Under the pieces are notes generated by a model that was not told where the DNA came from, ran no database searches, and saw only the letters and a program-made list of their open reading frames with translations. Below are positions 58,231 through 64,000 of a stretch of 64,000 bases of DNA, piece by piece (the first letter of the stretch is position 1; each line of letters starts with the position of its first letter). Position numbers and translations under genes: made by a program. This DNA comes from a virus: IMG/VR virus record IMGVR_UViG_3300033149_001989, positions 1 to 64,000 of that record. One strand, written 5' to 3'.

Positions 58231-58972
58231 GGGATTTAAAATGTCTATTGCTGTTGGTGGAATGTTTTTAATTCCTGTTAGATTAGATAAAACCACCAGT
58301 GATAGCAAAATCAGCCTCCACGAATATCATAAAGATGATATGGGTAGCAGTGGTCGCAAGGCTTACTGTAAGTCTTGTGGTAAAGACCTAACCTCAGCTG
58401 ATATTGTTAAGGGTATTGAGGTAACGAAGGGGCAAGTGGTAACATTCTCTAAAGAGGAACTGGAAAGCCTACCACTAAGTACCACCAAGAATATTGAAGT
58501 TGACGGGTTTGTTAAGGCTGAGGAAATAAATCGTCTTGCTCTCGGCACTTCTTATTACCTTAGCCCTGATGAAACAAGCTCTCAGGCGTATAATCTGTTC
58601 GCACACGGGTTGAAGAAAATGGGTAGAGTTGCGGTGGGAAAGGTTGCTTTACGTAATCGTGAGAACTTGTGTATTGTCTATCCGATGAGTGGTGGTTTGG
58701 TACTTTCTATGATGTGCTGGCACGATGAATTCAAGGATAATCCATCAATTCCCAAGACAGAAATTACCGACACTCAGGCAGACCTGATGGATGTTATCAT
58801 CAAGAAGTATTCTAAACCATTTGACCATAGCGTGTATAGTGACCAGTATAATGATGCTTTAAAGAAGATGGCTGAACAAAAACTTAATGGTGATATTATC
58901 ACAATCAGCACTCCACAGGAACAGCAACCTCAAAATATTGAGGACGCCCTGAGAGCATTGGCTGCAGCATAG
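58217..58972 (+). CDS. ku: Ku DNA end-binding protein
   Basis: IPVRL, DIVKGIEV, EELESL, IEVDGFV, YYLSPD, VAVGKVALRNRE, YSDQY; AAAGGAG RBS. Confidence 0.9.
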   Translation: MARSRGFKMSIAVGGMFLIPVRLDKTTSDSKISLHEYHKDDMGSSGRKAYCKSCGKDLTSADIVKGIEVTKGQVVTFSKEELESLPLSTTKNIEVDGFVKAEEINRLALGTSYYLSPDETSSQAYNLFAHGLKKMGRVAVGKVALRNRENLCIVYPMSGGLVLSMMCWHDEFKDNPSIPKTEITDTQADLMDVIIKKYSKPFDHSVYSDQYNDALKKMAEQKLNGDIITISTPQEQQPQNIEDALRALAAA

Positions 58973-59014
58973 ATAATGTCTGAAAAGTTCAGATACCTCT
59001 GGTGAGGAGTAAAT

Positions 59015-59383
59015 ATGAATAGTAAAATAGGTAGAGCAGTTAGTTTTGTAACGGCACTTGCTATCTTTGCTGGTGTTTTGGCTGGAATGTCGGCATTGTT
59101 TATGCTTGCGTGGAATGTAGTAATGGTACAGGCAACAAATGCTGAACCACTTACATTTCTGCAAACATATGGGGGTGTAACTCTTGTGTTTGGCGGTATT
59201 GCTTTAGTTAAATTCATCCATAGTTATTTAGAAGGAACTAGGGAACGAATAAGAGCGAAGGTGGCTAAGGAGGCGATGGAAGGGTTAATGAACGAAATGG
59301 AGAAGATGAACGCCGAAATGGAAAAGACGAAGGGTGATGATGAGCTACCAGATGATGACAGTGTATTTCGGCACTTTATGTAA
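59015..59383 (+). CDS. Membrane protein (2 transmembrane helices)
   Basis: Two hydrophobic helices; GAGGAG RBS. Confidence 0.7.
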   Translation: MNSKIGRAVSFVTALAIFAGVLAGMSALFMLAWNVVMVQATNAEPLTFLQTYGGVTLVFGGIALVKFIHSYLEGTRERIRAKVAKEAMEGLMNEMEKMNAEMEKTKGDDELPDDDSVFRHFM

Positions 59384-59725
59384 ATGAAGAATTTACCAAA
59401 AATTTTAAAAGAACATATAGCAAACCAAAATAGTATGCTTGGTTCAACTGCGAAGTCAGGTGAGTTGAATAATTGGTTGAACGGTCAATTAAAAGAATTA
59501 AAGACGGCAAACCCCGAACTTTACGATTATATTATAAGTAGGAGTAAGTCATTTGCTAATGGTATAATGATGGTGCGTGACCCATATTCGATAGCCGTTT
59601 CATTATCATTAGAATATGTTTTGCTTTTGCGACTACTTGACATCGGCTTTGGTAAAGAGGCTAGTTTAAAGAAATTTACTGATATGATGGATAAGTGGGG
59701 GTTAGAGGGGCTGAATGGTTTATAG
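59384..59725 (+). CDS. Hypothetical protein
   Basis: Operon packing. Confidence 0.6.
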   Translation: MKNLPKILKEHIANQNSMLGSTAKSGELNNWLNGQLKELKTANPELYDYIISRSKSFANGIMMVRDPYSIAVSLSLEYVLLLRLLDIGFGKEASLKKFTDMMDKWGLEGLNGL

Positions 59726-60230
59726 GAAAGGCTACGGTTTTACTGCTGTTGACAAGGAAGAAGTCAGAAGCAAGTTTCTTGCCGTTCCAGAGAATAAGAA
59801 ATTATGGGATAGGTTAGAAGAAACAGTTAACCGTTTGCCTTGGACACGTTATTTAGTTGATAGTCTCAAAGATTGGATAGACCATCACGGCAGTTTAACC
59901 GCCAATCAAAAGTCACTGGTTACTAAATTATATTTGGATTGTTGTATTACTACTGAGGATAGATTGGCAGAGCAAAGGACTACACGAAAACTTTGTTATC
60001 GGCTGAATGAATTGGAGTTGGGCAAGTTACAAGTATTTATTAGTGATGTTTTATACAAAACTAATACAAGACCGTTTACGTCGGGACAAATAAACGCACT
60101 AAACAAGATTGCCCAAAGACACCAAAAAAAGTTGGCAGAAATTCCTGAGATACTTGATGAAAATTTCGATGGGTGGTTTTTCATAGAGCCTGATAAGTCC
60201 GAAGTTGACAATTCGGAAGGCATATGGTAA
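59715..60230 (+). CDS. Hypothetical protein with internal repeat (SLKDW...LTANQ / DVLYK...FTSGQ)
   Basis: GAGGGG RBS; operon packing. Confidence 0.6.
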   Translation: MVYRKGYGFTAVDKEEVRSKFLAVPENKKLWDRLEETVNRLPWTRYLVDSLKDWIDHHGSLTANQKSLVTKLYLDCCITTEDRLAEQRTTRKLCYRLNELELGKLQVFISDVLYKTNTRPFTSGQINALNKIAQRHQKKLAEIPEILDENFDGWFFIEPDKSEVDNSEGIW

Positions 60231-60233
60231 TAT
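60205..60233 (+). promoter_or_regulatory. Sigma70 promoter
   Basis: TTGACA-17-TAATAT with TG extension. Confidence 0.75.
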
Positions 60234-60262
60234 ACAAGAGAAAATAGTAAAGGGGATAGCAA

Positions 60263-61444
60263 ATGGAAAATATTGAACTCGTCAAATTATTGTTGCTTCA
60301 ATGCGGCAAAGTAGGAATTACACCAATGCTTTGGGGGCGTCACGGTATTGGTAAAAGTATGATTGTGAGGAGCATCTTTGAGGATGGGGGATATGAGGTT
60401 ATTGACCTTAGACTTGGACAGTTAGAAGTTGGTGACCTTATTGGTATGCCTGCTCAGGAATACTACTGTCCAAGTTGTAAAACAAAGTTTGGTTTTGCGG
60501 CTCGGTTCACTAATTGTCCTCTTTGCGAACAGAAAGGTGGTAAAGTTCCCATTTGCGGACAGACTGTTTGGTTACCCCCAAGTTGGTTTCCACAGCATGG
60601 CGAGAAGCGGTGCATCTTCTTTGACGAATTCAATCGTGGTCGGTTAGATGTTCAGCAGGCTGCTTTTCAGATTGTTCTTGACCGCAGAATACATACTCAC
60701 AAAATTCCTGATGATACCATTATCATTTGTGCCTGTAACCCACCATCAAGTGATGCAGGCACTGGTCAGGAATATAATGTTGAAGAACTTGACCCCGCCC
60801 TGCTAGACCGATTTGTGAATATTAAATTCACTTTAACTACTGATAACTGGTTACGGTGGGCACGAGAGAATAAAATCTTACAAGATATTATAGATTTTAT
60901 TGCTACTGAGCAGAAATTTCTCGGCAATGATGCAATAGATATTCCTATTGATATTACACCCTCTCCACGCTCCTACGAATTTCTGTCTAAACTGCTCTCT
61001 GGCGATACAATTCCTAAACGATACTGGACAGAGGTTGCTGAAACGGTAATTGGGTCAACTGCGGCTATTGCGTTTGTTCAATCCTTAAAGACTGATTTGG
61101 ATAAACCAATTAAGGCTAAAGACATATTTGACCATTTCGCTAAGGTTAAGAGTAAGGTTGAGGCTCAGGTTGGAACTGCGGATGATGGAAACGCTAGATT
61201 TGACTTACTCAGACTTACTCTTGATGAAATCACCCAATGTCTTGAGAATGATAAAAGCAGAAAGTATAATGAAAAACAACTTAATAATCTGGCTGATTTC
61301 CTTGTTATGCTTCCACAAGACTTGTCATTCTCTATGATTAAAGACTTGGCTACTAACCAAGATGTAAATGAGCGGCTGTTCCTTAATCGTGATGATTTGT
61401 TTACAATCCTAAAGACTGCTCGTAAAGGTGATATGAATGGCTAA
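60263..61444 (+). CDS. MoxR/dynein-related AAA+ ATPase with zinc-ribbon insert
   Basis: GRHGIGKS, DLIGMP, FFDEFNR, ACNP, LDPALLDRF, SPRSY; CPSC...CPLC insert. Confidence 0.9.
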   Translation: MENIELVKLLLLQCGKVGITPMLWGRHGIGKSMIVRSIFEDGGYEVIDLRLGQLEVGDLIGMPAQEYYCPSCKTKFGFAARFTNCPLCEQKGGKVPICGQTVWLPPSWFPQHGEKRCIFFDEFNRGRLDVQQAAFQIVLDRRIHTHKIPDDTIIICACNPPSSDAGTGQEYNVEELDPALLDRFVNIKFTLTTDNWLRWARENKILQDIIDFIATEQKFLGNDAIDIPIDITPSPRSYEFLSKLLSGDTIPKRYWTEVAETVIGSTAAIAFVQSLKTDLDKPIKAKDIFDHFAKVKSKVEAQVGTADDGNARFDLLRLTLDEITQCLENDKSRKYNEKQLNNLADFLVMLPQDLSFSMIKDLATNQDVNERLFLNRDDLFTILKTARKGDMNG

Positions 61445-62969
61445 TAGTGAACTAATTGAGAGTGAAGTAATTGAACTATTGCTAGAGGGAAAGCACTTTT
61501 ATGGGCACTTCCTCCAGCAGTTTCGTAGACACGCTGTTAAAACAGGTATAGGTGAGGGCAATATCGTAGACACTCTTGGTGTTCTTATCAATGAGGATTT
61601 ACAACCTCACCTATACATAAATACTGATTTTTATAATAGTGGTGATTATGACCCAAAAAATCCTGCAAAACATAGTTGGGGGCTAACGCCAACTGAGAAG
61701 ATTGCTTTATTGGAACACGAAATACTGCATATTCTAAACAAGCATTTAATTCGCACCGAAAATCGTAATCACTATGTTGCTAATCTTGCCCAAGACCTAG
61801 CAATCAATCAGCATATCAAGGGGCTACCAAAGGGCGGTGGTTGTCCAAAGTGTAATGCTTTTGTAAGACTTACTCAGTTGGGACAGTTTAGAACTACTTG
61901 CCCTAGGTGTGGTGAGCTGCTTGACCCAAAGAAACATACATCAGAATGCCTCGATATTGGTAATTTTAAGATAGAGGGTAAAAAGTTAAATTTTGAACGA
62001 AACAAAGCGTTTGAGATTTATTACGATGCTCTCTGGAGTAAAATGCCAAAGTATATGGTAGAAATTGGAACTGCCATTACTGATAGTAAAGAAAAAGGTG
62101 CTAAAAGCAATATCAAGGGAGAATGTTCTGGTGGTACGGGTGATGGCACTTACAAGCAGAAAGAAGCTCAGGATAGTGAGAATAAGAATAAGGTTGGTTC
62201 AGGAAACAATGTTCAGATACAGGGTGTAGAAATACCAATGCCAATGGACAACCACGAAACTTGGGCTGCTGGTTCTGATAATCGGGAGATGGCTCACGAG
62301 AAAATAAAAGAAATGGCAAGGAAGGCGCTGCACAAAGCAAATGCTAAAAATCAGGGTAATATGCCAGGATGGTTGAAATCTCTTGTTGACCAATGCCTAG
62401 CACACAAGACAATCAGTTGGAAATCAGAACTGAAAAGGTTTTACGGTTTTCGGGAATTTTCGCACTTTGTCCCCACTCGAAAGAGGCTCAACCGCAGGTT
62501 TAGTATTGCATTCCCAGGCTACAAAGTTAAGCGGAAAGCACATATTGTCGTAGCGACGGATAGTTCGGGCAGTGTTTCTGATGAAGATTTTGCTAAATTT
62601 TGGGCAGAGATTATGACTATGTTCTCTGCTGGTGTTACCATAACTCACGTTGAATGTGATATGGATATTACTCACGTTCAACCATTCAAGAGAAAGCCAC
62701 CAAAAAATACTAAGATAAAGCGTTATGGATATGGTGGAACTACATTCAAACCACCATTTGAATTGGTAGAAAAAGGTCATTACAAGAATGGTAATGGTGA
62801 GGAATGGAAGTTAAAAACCAAAGTGGATGGTATCATCTATTGCACTGATGGTTATGGTGATTTTCCTAAGAAGATACCTTGTCCTACGATATGGGTTGTC
62901 ACGGCTGAACATAGCACTCACGGTTGGAGTCCAAAACTTGGTAAAATGATTGTGATGACAGAGGACTAA
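61437..62969 (+). CDS. Metallopeptidase-like (HEXXH) + VWA domain protein (DUF2201-type)
   Basis: LEHEILH...NLAQDLAIN; MIDAS DSSGS, GGTTF, TDGYG. Confidence 0.88.
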   Translation: MANSELIESEVIELLLEGKHFYGHFLQQFRRHAVKTGIGEGNIVDTLGVLINEDLQPHLYINTDFYNSGDYDPKNPAKHSWGLTPTEKIALLEHEILHILNKHLIRTENRNHYVANLAQDLAINQHIKGLPKGGGCPKCNAFVRLTQLGQFRTTCPRCGELLDPKKHTSECLDIGNFKIEGKKLNFERNKAFEIYYDALWSKMPKYMVEIGTAITDSKEKGAKSNIKGECSGGTGDGTYKQKEAQDSENKNKVGSGNNVQIQGVEIPMPMDNHETWAAGSDNREMAHEKIKEMARKALHKANAKNQGNMPGWLKSLVDQCLAHKTISWKSELKRFYGFREFSHFVPTRKRLNRRFSIAFPGYKVKRKAHIVVATDSSGSVSDEDFAKFWAEIMTMFSAGVTITHVECDMDITHVQPFKRKPPKNTKIKRYGYGGTTFKPPFELVEKGHYKNGNGEEWKLKTKVDGIIYCTDGYGDFPKKIPCPTIWVVTAEHSTHGWSPKLGKMIVMTED

Positions 62970-62970
62970 G

Positions 62971-63279
62971 TTGTCGAAGTTGCCAATTACTATTGAGGGG
63001 TATCTCGGTAATGATAACCAAGAAGTTGACCGTGACGAATACGGCAGAATTGTGGAGAATTTTTACTATCTTGGTTGTCCTAATCTGGATAGTGAGCATA
63101 AATTAGGTTGGTATGGACAACCAAGGTTTATCTATGATGTAGAGAAAGATATTACAGATATACTACAAAACAATCTCGGAAAGTATATTAGAATAACCAT
63201 TGAGGCAGTCGAAATCGGGGGCAGGGCGGAATGTGAGGTTTGTAAGCGGAGATTTGAATGTCTGACCAAAATAAAATAA
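62971..63279 (+). CDS. Small protein with C-terminal CxxCxxRFxCxT motif
   Basis: CEVCKRRFECLT at the extreme C-terminus; GAGGA RBS before TTG. Confidence 0.65.
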   Translation: MSKLPITIEGYLGNDNQEVDRDEYGRIVENFYYLGCPNLDSEHKLGWYGQPRFIYDVEKDITDILQNNLGKYIRITIEAVEIGGRAECEVCKRRFECLTKIK

Positions 63280-63740
63280 CTAGGCACAAAATTGTACTAT
63301 GCTCTAACTGCGGTTTTACGCACACAAATGTTAAACCGTATGCCACAGTAGATATGCGGGGCAATAATGCCGTTATGGTCATCAAAGCGTTATGCCCCGA
63401 ATGTCGAAAGGAGCAATTGAAGAACGAGACTCGTTTAGTAAATTGTGCTTATTGTGGATTAACGAAAGGAGAGAAACTACACCCAACTCTGATTGAACGG
63501 AGGGTGTTTGACGGGCAGAACACTTGCAATTTCTTTATTCAACTATGTGATGATTGCAAGAAGATACCTCATAACATAATTCGAGAAAAATTAGATAAAC
63601 AACTACAAAGCCTATGTAATAGTTGTGATGATAGGTTTAAATGCTTCACTGCACAACACACGGCTCCGATGAAAAGTTACCCCACAAGGGATGGGGTTCA
63701 CAGGAATACAAGGTCGAAGCGATTTAGGAGGATAGTATGA
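63258..63740 (+). CDS. Multi-zinc-ribbon protein with CxxCxxRFxCxT motif
   Basis: Four CxxC motifs plus CNSCDDRFKCFT. Confidence 0.7.
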   Translation: MSDQNKITRHKIVLCSNCGFTHTNVKPYATVDMRGNNAVMVIKALCPECRKEQLKNETRLVNCAYCGLTKGEKLHPTLIERRVFDGQNTCNFFIQLCDDCKKIPHNIIREKLDKQLQSLCNSCDDRFKCFTAQHTAPMKSYPTRDGVHRNTRSKRFRRIV

Positions 63741-64000
63741 ACGAGGTAGAAATTTTAGAGGAAATGTTATCTATCTACAAACGATACTTTGAGGTAGTCC
63801 AAGAAATGGGGGCTATCACAATGTCAGAGGATGATAGTAAGCGACTGGCTGAACTGGAAACAAAGTTAGAGGCAATTCGGGATTAGTTGAACATGGTGAG
63901 AAGAATAATTCTTAATAATAAGGAGAGGGGCAATAAGAATATAGTAAATCGCTACGAGAGTTAACTAAAATAAGATTTAGGATGGTAAAAAGTTTATTAT

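Noticed and set aside
1-64000. Alternative genetic code (stop-codon reassignment) as the cause of broken tail genes
   Set aside because: Genes are full length under code 11 with TAA, TAG and TGA all used as stops; the two breaks are frame changes, not in-frame stops.

Overview
A 64 kb segment of a large tailed dsDNA bacteriophage with siphovirus-type organisation, standard genetic code and consensus sigma70/sigmaA promoters, so the host is bacterial; the host taxon cannot be determined from this window. Minus strand, 1-48 kb: tail module (tape measure, frameshifted tail-assembly chaperone, major tail protein), head-tail connectors, major capsid, scaffold and protease, a ~15 kb nucleotide-sugar/glycosylation cluster between the prohead protease and portal genes, portal, terminase, an intein-containing class II ribonucleotide reductase, dUTPase, ClpP, a TaqI-like nuclease and a tmRNA. 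A gene-poor ~5 kb region (43-48 kb) is bounded by a 24/25 bp direct repeat and holds five strong promoters, each paired with a cluster of GGCA-N4-TGCC sites. Plus strand, 48-64 kb: early-type genes (kinase, GHKL ATPase-peptidase, DNA ligase, Ku, MoxR-like ATPase with VWA partner, many small Cys-rich proteins). The most unusual observations are: (1) ten otherwise dissimilar proteins share a C-x2-C-x2-R-[FY]-x-C-[FYLMW]-[TS] micro-motif; (2) a large glycan-biosynthesis cluster with nonulosonic-acid and higher-carbon-sugar enzymes lies inside the head module; (3) an Ala1/Ser-Asn (KlbA-like, class 2) intein sits at the RNR catalytic Cys; (4) the tmRNA encodes a 35-residue tag near a phage ClpP; (5) the repeated promoter-operator cassettes in a possible terminal-repeat region. 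All calls come from reading the sequence and remembered motifs; no database searches were run.
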